From positions 14,626,950-14,690,949 of the forward strand of contig NC_134029.1 of assembly GCF_964204645.1 (NCBI RefSeq): a DNA stretch of 64,000 nucleotides, read 5' to 3'. This document shows positions 1 to 14,200 of the stretch, one piece after another. Each line of letters starts with the position of its first letter. Position 1 is the first letter of the stretch. Origin of the DNA: Tubulanus polymorphus. Its lineage: Eukaryota; Animalia; Nemertea. The notes under the pieces are model-generated. The model ran no database searches, had not been told where the DNA came from, and worked only from the letters and a program-made list of their open reading frames with translations. A program made the position numbers and the translations under genes.

Positions 1-2352
1 ATACGCCAACTTTTTATTCGACGTTTTTCAAACGCCTACTGATCCAAACTTCAGCGATCAACATAAATGTTTCGTAGAAGAATCCAATAGAAACTTCGTA
101 TACGAAAATACTGAAGAAGATACGGGTCATATATTAAACGAAACAATTACTGAATTAGACATAAAACGCTATATCAAATGGTTGAAACTCAATAAAGCAC
201 CCGGAGAAAATAGAATCACGAATGCGATTATTAAAAATTGTCCTCCGATATTTTTAACCCACCTATGTCACATTTTTAACTACTGCCAAAGAAATGGCTA
301 CTGTATATCATTCTGGAAGTCTGCGAAAATTACTATGATTCCAAAAGCCGGCAAAGATGCTACACTTTGCAAAAATTTGCGTCCTATCAGTTTAACCAAC
401 TCGATCGGCAAAATTTTCGAAAAAATCATGAACAATAAATTAACAGATTACTTAGAAAATACCAACTTCTTTACCGAAATACATGCTGGTTTTCGAAAAG
501 GACATTCGACCATAGATCAAATATTAAAAATGTCTCATGATATCGCTAAAGGCTTAAAACGTCGGCAATGCACGCGTGCTACATTTTTTCGACCTAGAGA
601 AAGCGTTCGATAAACTTTGGCAGGACGGAATTATCTACAAAATTAATCATTTATCTATGCCAACCAACTTTAAGCTCTTATTAAAAAACTATCTACAGGG
701 TCGAACTTTTAAAGTCGCTAATGAAGGGTGTATTAGCCAGCCAAGGCAAATAAACGCTGGAGTCCCTCAAGGAGGGATTTTCTCGCCGACACTTTTGATC
801 ATCTATATAAACGATTTTCCCTCGGATGCAATTAAAGCTAGTCATTATAGTCAATCGTCATTGTTCGCAGACGATATGAGTCTATGGAACACGCACAATG
901 TAAAAACTAAAACAATCGAAAATCTCCATCAAAAATCGATAGACAAACTAACTCAATGGAGTGACATGTGGAGGCTAAAAGTAAACGCGCTTAAATGTGT
1001 TAGTATACACTTTAGTCGCCTAATAAATACCGACCCATACACTGAGCACACTGTTCACGGCCAACAAATACCGCTATCAAATTCTACCAAATTCCTCGGA
1101 ATTACTTTTTCGTCTAATCTACGCTGGAATCTGGAAATAACAGAGAGATTAATTAAGGCAAATAAAAGAATTGGAATACTAGCTATTTTGAAACGAAACC
1201 GCGTAAAAATGGAATACATACTCACTGCTTTTAAATTACTCATTTGATCAATCTATGAATACGGAGCTCCGATACTGGTAACTCGCCCATGTAGTCAGTT
1301 AGACCGCCTTCAAATACACCAAAATAAATGTTTACGGATTATTCTAGGCCGACCGCGCTATACAAGAACGGCAGACCTACATAAGCAAGCTCGAATAGAA
1401 ACTGTCGAACAGCGCTTTAAACTCTTAACGAAAACGTACCTGAATTCCAACCGAAATAACCCGATACTAAGGAGTGTCTTTTACGATATTTCGAGTCCAT
1501 GGCCGTCTTCAGACATCGTGGAAGCGTTTAAGTCAATTCTATAACTCTATAGCGTGTACTCTACTACGAACCGACACCCGCGTAGTCGGTGAATTGAATG
1601 GAAGATTTCTTTGTGTTACACGAACTATATAGGTAGCCCGTATCTAGGTCGCTACTCCTTACACAACACGTCACGTGAACCGAACTATATGCAGTAGAAC
1701 TATATACTCTTATTAACATATCTAAGAAATGTACATTATAAGCTTTGTATATAGTAATTGACAAAGTATTCTAACTATATCGCGACTCCCCTTAACGGAG
1801 GAAAATCACTATTTTTGTGTATCATATTATATACATATATATTTTACCATATATTATATCATAGACTCTTGTGATATATACGTATCATACTAATCACTAT
1901 TTATAGAAATCTCGAAGTACTCGTACTTTATTACAACTCCGCTTGACGGTAGAAAACTTCTATTTTTGTGTGTATAACATTGAATTTAAAAACTATATAT
2001 ATACATATATTTAAAAAAAAACAAAAAAGAAAAAAAAAAACTATTATAACTAATCACTAACAAACTCCTGATAAGGACCGAACCAAACAAAAACGCCTAA
2101 ATAGTAATAACTGTCCGTTCTGTATGTACCTTTGCTTGAATCCTTCCACCAGTACCTTCACATTCACACAAATATCACACCACCCACATCCCCCCTTAGC
2201 TCATCTCATAATAGTTCAATTCACATACCTATCATCATATTAAGCAAATAATCATGCACCTACGCGTCCTGAATGTAGGAGAGTGGCCACCACTCTCGAG
2301 CATTAAAAACGCGCTCCGCGTGTTTGTCTTTTTTATCTGCTGCTGCTGCTGC
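1..2352 (+). mobile_element. Non-LTR retrotransposon (Jockey/I-group-like) ORF2 reverse transcriptase pseudogene with 3' UTR
   Basis: RT motifs KAPG, LRPISLTNSIGKIFEK, GFRKGHST, FFDLEKAFD, GVPQG, LFADD, KFLGITF. Frameshift near 590; in-frame TGA at 1245-1247, after which the frame continues (YEYGAP...LQIHQNKCLRII) to ~1543. Likely 3' end is the hairpin gagagtggccaccactctc plus a (CTG)n tail at ~2338-2352. Confidence 0.88.
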
Positions 2353-3865
2353 ATCAGTTGTTATTCACTTGGCTTTGACGCTGCCTCTGCCTGGGATACG
2401 TCTCGTTGACCTATGCGTCTCTTGCGCTACTGCTTGACGCTAAGGTTGAAGATGAGATGGGTACGTAGCAAGGTGGCTGCGATTCTCATACGGCGTGGTT
2501 CCAACTGCAATACCGTCAAAATAATACTACAGGGGAATGTAGACTGTCGCTTCTGTCCGGCGAATCAATATTGCTCACACGTACATATTGCTCATGTCGA
2601 ACTGATCTATTATAGTTTGAGAATAGATAGAGATTAGAATGTTGAACTTGTTACTAACCCGACCACACAGAAAGAATCTTTTTAGTTGTATAATGTTTAT
2701 CGGTTCGGTCCATTTCTAAAACTGCCGTGTCTGTTACAGTAAAATATCATTGATCATGGTTTAAAAGTAAGGTACAGGGTAGATCTGTGGCCGGCTGTGT
2801 CAACTTTTAAACTCAGCAATGAGTGGAGAGACTAGGTATCTATTTTTTAGCCTTAGGTCTTGGCTTTGAATCCTGAAAATCCTGACAGAGTTTGTACGGA
2901 ACTTAGAAAACTTTCTCATCTCCCGATACAGCTAGATTTGATTTCAGCTTCAGCAACAAAAATATAAATATGACATCTGAGATGCTTTTGATTTAATGAA
3001 ACCTTATAATTTATTAGGAGGCTTATAATTTATAATGATTGTATATATTTCATTTCTAAATCTATTAGCAGGGATCATAAATCTTCCAATTTTTATCAGA
3101 AATCCAAATATTTTTTTCTTTGTCTGGTCAGGTTCTGAGATCTGTGTAAATCCGTTGAGATAATTGGGCGAGGGGGTAGGTTGTGGGTCGGTCTTGTCAT
3201 GGCCATCAACAACTCAATCAGACCGTTAAAACGTCTTGGAGTATTGTTTTGTCGATCTCCGGTATATTGCACAATAGTCTACTGCCGCTATAAATAGTAC
3301 AACATAGCGTTCTAGAACAACGTGATCCACAGAAAATTGATATAGGTCTATATCTGAGTTCTACTGACTGCCGTGTAATGAGAACGTGGATTTATCGGAC
3401 TCGAAGCCAACAGAAAAAAACACGCGTCATAGTTGGCGCAATCAACTGGCAGCTCAGTAAATGGTGGTAAACAATGAAAATGGCTATCCGTTTAAAGTGA
3501 TTTTGTCGTTGATTTCGTGTAGTTCTAAGGCCCACAGATCGTCTAGAGCACTCCAAATTTACAAAATTTTCTGGGGGAGGTATCCCAGACCCCCCTTAAC
3601 CAGTATCGCTCCTTCGGCGCTCGCTTCAGGCAGCTGACTCTGCCGGTTGATGATGCTAATTCAATCCACAAAAATTCTTAATTTTATTTCTGATATTTTT
3701 GACGGCCGATTATGATCTCTGATTAGGCCTACTTAAAATGTGTTACGTATATTCACCTTCTCTTCTTTATATAAACAACTGTTTGTCATTCAAAATCTAA
3801 TTACATTATACTTATATAACATGCATTTCCTTTTATATCAGGTTTAAGCTGATAGAGCACCTTAC

Positions 3866-4364
3866 TAATGTCTATTTCAACCTGACCTGAGAGCATTCCA
3901 GGTGGCCTAGCTCGCTCATTTTTGGTATTACATACCTGATAAAGGTCCAAATAGGACCAGAAAGTACTGGCAGTCGACCTAAAACATCATTTATTAATCC
4001 ATTTAAAACCGTATTGAAGGATATCCAAAAAGTCTTCATTGAAAGGGGTTAAAAAGAGAAAATTGACTCCATGATTTGAAAGTTAAACAATGTTTCCATG
4101 CCGACTTACCAAACTTCAGTTGGTAGGCATGGAAACATATCATTAAACTGTCAAATCATGGAGTCTCTTTTCTCTCATGAACCCCTTTCAGTGCAGACTT
4201 TTTGGATATCCTTCAATACGGTTTTAAATGGATTAAAAAATGATGTTTTAGGTCGACTGCCAGTGCATTCTGGTCCTAGTAAGACTTTTATCAGGTATGT
4301 ACTACCAAAAATGAGCGAGCTAGGGCACCTGGAATACTCACAAGTCAAGTTGAAATAGATATTA
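3866..4364. mobile_element. ~500-bp almost fully palindromic MITE (foldback); further copies inside the tandem array and a left-arm fragment at ~13669-13796
   Basis: taatgtctatttcaac...gttgaaatagatatta ends; the arms are reverse-complementary along their length around a centre at ~4115. Confidence 0.8.
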
Positions 4365-6632
4365 AACCAATGTACGGTCTAGTATGGTGGATTATTAACT
4401 CTTCAACTTCTGCGCCGAATCTAACAGTGCCCTTGGGCACCTTGTTAACTTTTTTAAGGAAATTTTGAAGACGCTCTGATGAATTACCTTGATCTTTCAT
4501 ATATATTCGAATCCTCCAAGGGCCCATCAGCATAAGAAAATCTTGGCCGATCAGACCTAAGATGGCCGTCCTATATCCCTTTTAGTGGCCAAAAATGTCA
4601 ATTTTGGCCGGAATTCTGGGTCCTGTAGCTTCCTACTGGTTTGCCATTTCTAATAGCAATTTGTGATGGGTATTCTTTGGAAAGGAATGTTTTATACTTG
4701 TGAAAGGTATTTTTGATCAACCAATCATGACGCAATTGGCGACCATCTTGGTGTCATCAGTACTCATTCCTACGAAAAAGTTTTTCCAAATTATTTTGAT
4801 ATCTAAGCATATTGGCCTAGCTCGCTCATTTTTGGTATTACATACCTGATAAAGGTCCAAATAGGACCAGAAAGTGCTGGCAGTCGACCTAAAACATCAT
4901 TTATTAATCCATTTAAAACCGTATTGAAGGATATCCAAAAAGTCTTCATTGAAAGGGGTGAAAAAGAGAAAATTGACTCCATGATTTGAAAGTTAAACAA
5001 TGTTTCCATGTCGACTTACCAAACTTCAGTTAATAGGCATGGAAACATTTCATTAAACTGTCAAATCATGGAGTCTCTTTTCTCTCATGAACCCCTTTCA
5101 GTGCAGACTTTTTGGATATCCTTCAATACGGTTTTTAAATGGATTAAAAAATGATGTTTTAGGTCGACTGCCAGTGCATTCTGGTCCTAATAAGACTTTT
5201 ATCAGGTATGTACTACCAAAAATGAGCGAGCTAGGGCACCTGGAATACTCACAAGTCAAGTTGAAATAGATATTAAACTAATGTACGGTCTAGTATGGTG
5301 GATTATTAACTCTTCAACTTCTGCGCTGAATCTAACAGTGCCCTTGGGCACCTTGTTAACTTTTTTAAGGAAATTTTGAAGACGCTCTGATCAATTACCT
5401 TGATCTTTCATATATATTCGAATCCTCCAAGGGCCTACAGCATATGAAAATTTTGGCCGATCAGACCTAAGATGGCCGTCCTATATCCTTTTTAGTGGCC
5501 AAAAATGTCAATTTTGGCCGGAATTCTGGGTCCTGTAGCTTCCTACTGGTTTGCCATTTCTAATTGCAATTTGTGATGGGTATTCTTTGGAAAGGAATGT
5601 TTTATACTTGTGAAAGGTATTTTTGATCAACCAATTATGACGCAATTGGCGACCATCTTGGTGTCATCAGTACTCATTCCTACGAAAAAGTTTTTCCAAA
5701 TTATTTTGATATCTAAGCATATTGGCCTAGCTCGCTCATTTTTGGTATTACATACCTGATAAAGGTCCAAATAGGACCAGAAAGTACTGGCAGTCGACCT
5801 AAAACATCATTTATTAATCCATTTAAAACCGTATTGAAGGATATCCAAAAAGTCTTCATTGAAAGGGGTTAAAAAGAGAAAATTGACTCCATGATTTGAA
5901 AGTTAAACAATGTTTCCATGCCGACTTACCAAACTTCAGTTGGTAGGCATGGAAACATATCATTAAACTGTCAAATCATGGAGTCTCTTTTCTTTCATGA
6001 ACCCCTTTCAGTGCAGACTTTTTGGATATCCTTCAATACGGTTTTTAAATGGATTAAAAAATGACGTTTTAGGTCGACTGCCAGTGCATTCTGGTCCTAA
6101 TAAGATTTTTATCCGGTATGTACTACCAAAAATGAGCGAGCTAGGGCACCTGGAATACTCACAAGTCAAGTTGAAATAGATATTAAACCAATGTACGGTC
6201 TAGTATGGTGGATTATTAACTCTTCAACTTCTGCGCTGAATCTAACAGTGCCCTTGGGCACCTTGTTAACTTTTTTAAGGAAATTTTGAAGACGCTCTGA
6301 TCAATTACCTTGATCTTTCATATATATTCGAATCCTCCAAGGGCCCATCAGCATAAGAAAATTTTGGCCGATCAGACCTAAGATGGCCGTCCTATATCCT
6401 TTTTAGTGGCCAAAAATGTCAATTTTGGCTGGAATTCTGGGTCCTGTAGCTTCCTACTGGTTTGCCATTTCTAATTGCAATTTGTGATGGGTATTCTTTG
6501 GAAAGGAATGTTTTATACTTGTGAAAGGTATTTTTGATCAACCAATTATGACGCAATTGGCGACCATCTTGGTGTCATCAGTACTCATTCCTACGAAAAA
6601 GTTTTTCCAAATTATTTTGATATCTAAGCATA
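3904..6632 (+). repeat. Three near-identical tandem ~910-bp units (palindromic MITE + HINE fragment)
   Basis: ggcctagctcgctcatttttggtatt recurs at 3904, ~4814 and ~5724 with near-identical sequence between. Confidence 0.92.
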
Positions 6633-6712
6633 TTGTGTTACCACAATCAATTGGAATGTTGTAGCCCATAATGTGTTCTATAATTTTGGTGAGTTTCAAG
6701 ATCATTGATTTC

Positions 6713-7977
6713 TAGCCCACTTGGGACTTTAGTCCCAGCGGGCTATTGCGTTCACTTTTCGTCCGTCGTCCGTCCGACCGTCCGTAGACGGAATCCAGTT
6801 ATTTTGGGAAGTTTTGAAGACGCTTCAAGGTAACGTCTTGACATTTGGGTTACACGTGTATCTACCCTAGACACATCTTCAGCCCAAAAACTGGCCCTGT
6901 CAGAATCAAGATGGCTGACTGGCAGCCATTGTTGTTCGCCAAAATCAGCACTTTTTACACATTTTTGAACTTTTTGAGGGAAATTTTGAAGACGCTTCGA
7001 TCAATTACCTTGATCTTTCGGATATATATGAATCCCCTCAGGGCCCATCAACGAAACAAAAATTGGGTCGGTCGGACTCAAGATGGCCGTCCTATGACCG
7101 TTTTAGTGCCCAAAAATGTTAATTTTTGCCCGAATTCTGAGTCCTGTAGCTTCCTACTGGTTTACCATTTCTCATTGCAATTTGTGATGGGTATTCTTTG
7201 GAAAGGGATGTTTTATACCTCAGACAGGTATTTTTCATCAGCCAATTATGACGCAATTGGCGGCCATCTTGGTGTCACCAGTACTCATTCGTAAGTGGGA
7301 AAAAGTTTTTCCACATTATATTGATACCTAAGCGTATTTTTTTACCACAATCAATTAGAAAGTTGTAGCTCATAACGTGTTCTATGATTGTGGTGAGTTT
7401 CAAGGTAATGGGATTTCGTATATGGCCACCAGGGGGCGTTGAATAATTCAATATCTTAGCATTTCTTTATTATATTCGTACCTATGCATATTTTGTAACC
7501 ACAATCAATTGGAAAGTTGTAGCTCATGACATCATCTATGATTGTTGTGAGTTTTAAGGACATCAGTTTTTCTATATGGTCACCAGGGGGCGTTGAATAG
7601 TAGAATAACTTAGTATTTCCTTATTATATTGGTACCTAGGCATATTTTGTTACCATGATCAATTGCAAAGTTCTAGTTCATGACATGTTCTATGATTGTG
7701 GTGAGTTTCGAGGTCATTGGGTTTTGAATATTGTCACCAGGGGGCGTTGAATAGTAGAATGACTTAGTATTTCCATATTAAATTGGTAACGAGGCATATT
7801 TTGTTATCACAATCAATTACAAAATCGTAGCTGCTGACATGTTCTATGATTTTGGTGAGTTTCAAGGTCGTTGGTTTTTGTAAATGGTCACCAGAGGGCG
7901 TTGAATATTGAAATTGTTAGATTGTTGAGCATTTGAAACCATTTCCCAAGTGGGCATGGTGTCCCTGGACCCCTAGT
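6713..7977 (+). mobile_element. Non-autonomous Helentron (DINE-1/HINE-like), full length, nested in another copy whose 3' half continues to ~8366
   Basis: 5' subTIR hairpin gcccacttgggactttagtcccagcgggc, (GTCC)n microsatellite, central ~154-bp tandem repeats, 3' subTIR tcccaagtgggc + stem-loop + ctagt, inserted in a T run. Confidence 0.82.
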
Positions 7978-10418
7978 TTTCTATGGCCACAAGGGGGCGT
8001 TGAATAATTCAATAGCTTAGTATTTCTATATTATATTTGTACATATGCATATTTTGTTACCACAATCAATTGCAAATCTAGCTCATATCTAGCTCATGAC
8101 ATCGTCTATGATTGTGGCAAGTTTCAAGGTCATTGGGTTTTGCATATGGTCACCAGGGGGAGTTGAATAGTCGAATAACTTAGCATATTTTGTTATCACA
8201 ATCAATTACAAAATCGTAGCTGCTGACATGTTCTATGATTGTGGCGGATTTCAAGGTCATTGGTTTATGTATATGGTCACCAGGGGGCGTTGAATATTGA
8301 AATAGTTAGATTGTTAAGCATTTAAAACCACTTCCCAAGTGGGCATGGTGCCTCTGGACCCCTAGTTCTTGTCCCCATTGCCAGTGAAAAGTGTGAAAAA
8401 TCAAATAGAAATCTTAAAGAATAAAGATTTCATTGAAAAAGATATAGAATGATTTTAGTCGTTATGTGCTCTCTAGATATTGGCCAGAAAATTCTTTGCT
8501 TTCTGAAGATTTTATGAAAAAAGTGTGCGCCAGACTTGAGTTACCGACATAAATAATATCTTAGTCTCTCCATACTGCCAGACAATTCTTAGCTAGTTTC
8601 TCGCCTCTGCCAGTTCATTCATTACAATTACAATACGGTTTCTGCGAAGCCGCAGAAACCCTAATAATAGATCTTTGAATTCACTAATGAAAAAGATTTT
8701 TCTCAAGCAATGCCCTTGCCAAACAGGCTCCAGTTTTCAAGGTAAACAACACTTTGCCCATGGGCAATTTATTTGATTACTTGAAGCACAGCTTCTCTGA
8801 AATTCTGCCAGAAACTTCATGCCGAACATGAGTAGGCCTATGCGTAATTTGAAAAAAAAACACATTATTTTCTTGATATTTTCCGTCCTTATTTTCGATC
8901 TTATAATCTGTAAAATGTCAGTCTTCTCCCATCATTTGAATTCAATCCAAAGTTTTCACTATTTTTCATTTGTTCTGCTTATAATCTCTAATCTAGAGTA
9001 CCAATATTTAATTTTGATGCTGATTAAACATACGTACACTATGTGTAAATTTAGGAAAGTCCATATTAAGAATTTCGTTTCTTGTAGAAGTTATCAACCA
9101 AAATCTAAAAGATGCATCAATCAGATGGCGATCATACATCCTCTACGATGTAATATTCTACGGCTGAGATATTAAAATCCGAGGATCTCTTGTTACACTT
9201 GAAAGAAATAATCACTGAGTTGTATGGTAGTGGAGTGCATCTATTCATTCACTGCAGACATATTGTGTGGCAACAGTTAGTGTCTCTCTGTGTCAGTGTA
9301 TACGTGGCTAGCACGCCGGGCAGGTTACTACTGCGTGTCTCACACTGCATACACTATAAATGCTCATTTTGGCGCATGCTCTTGAGACATGCGTTTTTCA
9401 TACAGTGTTTGAATGTAATAAGTTTTTGTAATAAGTGGATTTTCGTTTAAGTTATAATCAGTCAAATTAATTTCAAAATGTCTTGGCAAATGATACACAT
9501 TGGTCATAAAAAATCTTTGAATCAGGAAAGTCGTATCTGTCTAGCTTTTTGCTATCACTGTGACTCAATAAGTTCATATCTCACAATTACTGTTGAGTGG
9601 ATATTGCATCTTCACCATTGTCATGGGCTTGTAGGTTTGCAGTCATGGGCTTGTAGGTTTCCCATCTTGCTATCACACGGATTGATAACTTGCTTGGGGT
9701 GTCGATAACTTTCATGAGAAACTTTCTTGGGATCTGATATTTACAGACATGTAATGCAGTAATAAAATCTAGGTTCCTTTCGTTTATGAGCTATATCGGT
9801 TGTCGTTTTCTTTGTTTTATGATTTTGTTTTATCGGTTTTGTTATTTCAGCAGCGCACACCAACTTGTTTGAGCGTGTGATCAGTCTTGAAATAAGTATT
9901 CATGCAGGGCATAGTGCCCACGATAATTCAATTCATTCTTTATTAGCGCAATTATAATTTCACAAAACATTTACTTTCACGTTTAAAAAAATTCTTTTTA
10001 TTTTCTTTTACTTTCATTGGGTGCTCGCGTTAGCGGCCACATGAAAAAGCTTTGTATGAACATTGATATTTTTTTTAGTTTATCTTAAACTTAAAACCGC
10101 TTTTCTGTAAAATAAATTCTGAATTGAATTGAATTGACTGGTTCCCTGTCTCTTCTATGGTGGCATTCAACTTTATCGGACAATCGTAGTGGATTGGCAT
10201 TTGAAAGGAAATGCAAGTTATCTTCTTGCTTAAATGTCTTCATTTTTTAAAAAGAAAAATCGTGGCTCCTATCTATTTTCGTGTTCGCTTCTCTTCACCT
10301 ACAGTCGTTCGAGTTAGTCACATTTTTTCTTTCAGTTGTGAATTTATCTATACAGCAAAATTATTTCAACACAATCTTCATAGTAATCTAGCAATTACCA
10401 ACATGAAGTTTCAGACTC

Positions 10419-10795
10419 CACAGGCATCACCAGGGGGGTTCGGGGAGTGCGAATGAACCCCCTTTTTTCGGCTAGGTTTCTTCATTTTTTACTACATAGT
10501 TTTGTTAACAGCTTAATAGTATTTGTAAAGATATACATATTAAATAAAACAAACATGCAATTGTTGTAATTTGTTTCTCTTCGTGGTTGTCATTTTTTTC
10601 CACAAGGTAATCACGCCAGGTGGCGGGAAAATGCTCCTAATTTTGAAAATACGCTTGGGGAGAACCTCCAAACCTCCGTGGGGACTTCGGACCTTCGATC
10701 TTTGTCAAAGGCAGGTTTTCATGCCTAGCTGCCTCATTAGATTCGCCAGTAGCCAATATTCGAACCCCCCAACAAAAATCCTGGCGTTGCCTATG
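10419..10795. mobile_element. Short MITE with imperfect TIRs
   Basis: cacaggcatcaccagg(ggggttcg) ... (cgaacccccc)...cctggcgttgcctatg inverted ends. Confidence 0.45.
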
Positions 10796-11204
10796 GTCTC
10801 GCTGTAGTGCCCCAGAAAAAGAAATCGGCACAATAAAAGCTGGAGTGATATGTTTTCAATAGTATTATGGAAACTGGACCTCGTACGCAAAGAACCTTTG
10901 GTCCTCTAGTTGTCAAAAGTTAGCGATCTCTATCTATTACATTATATAAACTGTTCATCATGCAAGAGGTATTTTGTAGCTCTAGTTAAACCTTTTTGAA
11001 ATTTTGATGATGCTTCGATTTTTCTTGGCCAATAATTGCATGAAAAATTGGGTTGAAGAAACATTAACCTCTAAAAGCAAACCTGAACATTGCACCCGCA
11101 TTGGGATGTCAAAATACATATTTATAGATTATTGACTGAAACCAAAAATTCATAAAAATGAGATATTTTTGCTGAAACCAATTATCGAAAATTTCTTTTT
11201 TCAG

Positions 11205-11276
11205 GTGGCTGCCTCATATCGAAATAAAGTTTGCATTTTTGAACCAACTCCATTACTTCATCATGATTCTTCCCAT
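11205..11276 (+). CDS. DMXL2: DMXL exon ([24 protein letters not shown])
   Basis: tttttcag acceptor, gtaagt donor, 72 nt, phase 0/0. Confidence 0.9.
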
Positions 11277-14200
11277 GTAAGTATTTTGTGTTATATACTT
11301 GACCTACTGATAACTCAAGTTTTAAGTTAAAACCAAAGCTGATGGCATACCAATAGCTATCGCTTGCAATTGCTGTATTCCGTATATGTGTAATGTGTTA
11401 TCCTACATTCCTTTTGAAATGAAACATATTTTTGTCCAGTTACTTGCTGAGATGAGAATTCTCCGTGGATTTCGGTATTGAAAAAAATATCAATTTTCCA
11501 AATAGTACAAAAATGATGTAAAAGTATAGGGGGGGGGGGGGTGATGATTATCTCATTCAACTGCTCCGGCGCAATAGGGAATCGGGTGAACCATAAAAGC
11601 TTTCAGCGCCTGTTTTACTTACTGTCACATATTGCCTTGCATTTCAATGCGTATTTTTTGCAACACTGAATTTGTAACTACGGTCAAACCCGCTTTATTC
11701 GGATCACATGGGACCGCTAAAATTCGTCCGAGTTATGTGAAATCCGAATTAAATAGATAGCCTTTTGTGTGGCAATTTACATGCCTCTACCATTGAAAAT
11801 GACAACAATGAGTGTTGCAATTTAAATCGAAACTAAATATCAATTTTATTGTAGGTATTATTACATTGTATCATGAATAAACCATACGCCATGGCAATAT
11901 AAACAGTCTCAGTCTTTTTTCACAAAGAAGGCAGAAATCAATGTCTGCTTAGCGCGTTTCGGGACGTCCCGTTGAAGAAAGTTCTCACATTTCCGAGAGA
12001 AAACCAATACTCCATCAACGAATTTCTCGTCGGTAGATTTGGCCAGTGCAAATCTGTTTGGAACATCCAAAGCCCCATGAACGTCGGTGACTGTCGGGTT
12101 GGGCTTACGGCCTACTATCGCAACAATCAATACCGTTAGCCTATTTTAATAGACTGTTGCCTGATCATATACTGTATATTGCAACGCAGCGACGCGTAAT
12201 GCAGCACATCACTATGACTATTGAGCGTGGATTGCATCATGTCGCGTCGCACGGCACTGCCGCTGTGCTCTTTTCGATATCAAAATTTATCATCCGAATA
12301 AAGTGGTAAGATTTCAAAGGATATGGACAAATGGAACTTGAAAATTCATCCGGAACAGCCGAAAATCCGAATAATACGAACCGAATTAAGTGACATTTTT
12401 GTAAGGTATTATAATAAGAAACTGAAGGGAAAATCATCCGAGATACGTCGAAATCCGAGTAAAACTGATCCGAATGAAGCGGTACTTGACAGTACTTCGA
12501 TGTGTATGTATTTTATCCATTGGTTGCAGACAGGCATGCGCGCGGCAACAGTAGTAATGTATATAAAAATAGGCCTACTTACTGTTGCTGCACGTGTACG
12601 GGGCAAACGCCTTCAGATATTATACGCTGTGGTGATTTTTAGTGAGCATTTATCGGCACATTTTAACTGCAATTATTCTGACTGCAATGATTTTCTCATT
12701 CAACTGCTCTGGCGAAATAGGGAATCCGGTGAACCATAAAAGCTTTCAGCGCCTGTTATACTTATTGTCACATATTGCCTTGCATTTCAATGCGTATTCA
12801 TTGCACCACTGAATTTGTATCTACTACGATGTGTATGTATTTTAGCGATTGGTTGCGGACAGGCATGCGCGCAGCAAAAGTAGTAATGTATATAATAATA
12901 GGCCTACTTACTGTTGCCACGCGTGTACGAGCGAATGCCTTCAGATATTATACGCTGTGATGATTTTTACTGAGCATTGATCGGCACATTTTAACTGCAA
13001 TAATTCAGGCCTCGACCCATAATGCGTGAGATGCTGAATGTCATCGAATGAGGATGTGCCACATTGGAAATAGCCATTATCTTCCAAAAATATAATAGTC
13101 GTTCATGGGTTCAAGATTGCTCTAAGTGCTCGGAAAACGCTTTTCATTTCTAAAACTTACAATCCTGTTCAATGGTCAACACAGTTTTATAAATGGAAGG
13201 TCGACAAACAGTCAATTATACCTACTTGAAGCCATGGACCACTGGACCTGATGGTCTTATTTGACTCTGGAAACTCAAATCTTAGGCCTTAATTAGTCTT
13301 TATAGATTTCGTCAGGTACAACATCAGCCATTAATGAACAAGCTATTGGGAAACAGTATCAATGATGGGTCGCTCAAATGGCTAAGCAGTTATCTCCGAA
13401 ATCAACGGAACGCCTCATCTTGGGAGTCACGCATGGTAGAATCCTAAGTCCTTCATTGTCATGATAAATGATGTACACAGTAATCTAAAATGTAAAACGA
13501 CCTAAACAAGCTGTTTTTTCAACAAAATTTTCAATGAAAATGTTCATTTTTGCCAATAAAATATCGTTGATAGTTGTGATTGATCATTGGAAGTCGGAAC
13601 CAGTAAATAACTAATACATGCCTTCTAATAAATCTGATTCCTCCTTTACAGGGAACTTAGCTTTAACCTAATGTCTATTTCAAACTGACTTGATAGCATA
13701 CCGGGTGGCCTAGCTCAGTCAGTTTTGATGGTACATACCTTATAAAAGTCTTATTGGGACCACAATGCACTGGCAGTCGACCTAAAACATCATTTTTAGC
13801 CAACTTGGGACTTTAGTCCCAGCGGTATGATATTTGAGTTACTCATGTATCTACCCTAGACACATCTTCAGCCCAAAAACTGGCCCTGTCAGAATCAAGA
13901 TGGCCGACTAGCAGCCATCGTTCCTCGCCAAAATCAGCACTTTTTACACATTTTTGAACTTTTTAAGGGTAATTTTGAAGACGCTCTGATCAATGACCTT
14001 GTTTTTTGGTATATATTTGAATCCCTTAAAGGCCCATCAGCATAAGAAAAATTGGGTGGATTCGACTCAAGATGGCCATCTTATGACCTTTTTAGTGCCC
14101 AAAAATGTCTATTTTGGTCCGAATTCTGAGTCCTGTAGCTTCCTACTGGTTTCCTATTTTCCATTGCAATTTGTGATGGGTATTCTTTGAAAAGGGATGT

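Noticed and set aside
4098-7294. Protein-coding ORFs in the palindromic MITE and HINE copies
   Set aside because: Frames are not maintained between near-identical copies; non-coding repeats
2353-11204. DMXL first exons and promoter
   Set aside because: I could not find sequence encoding the expected N-terminal residues; probably upstream of the window
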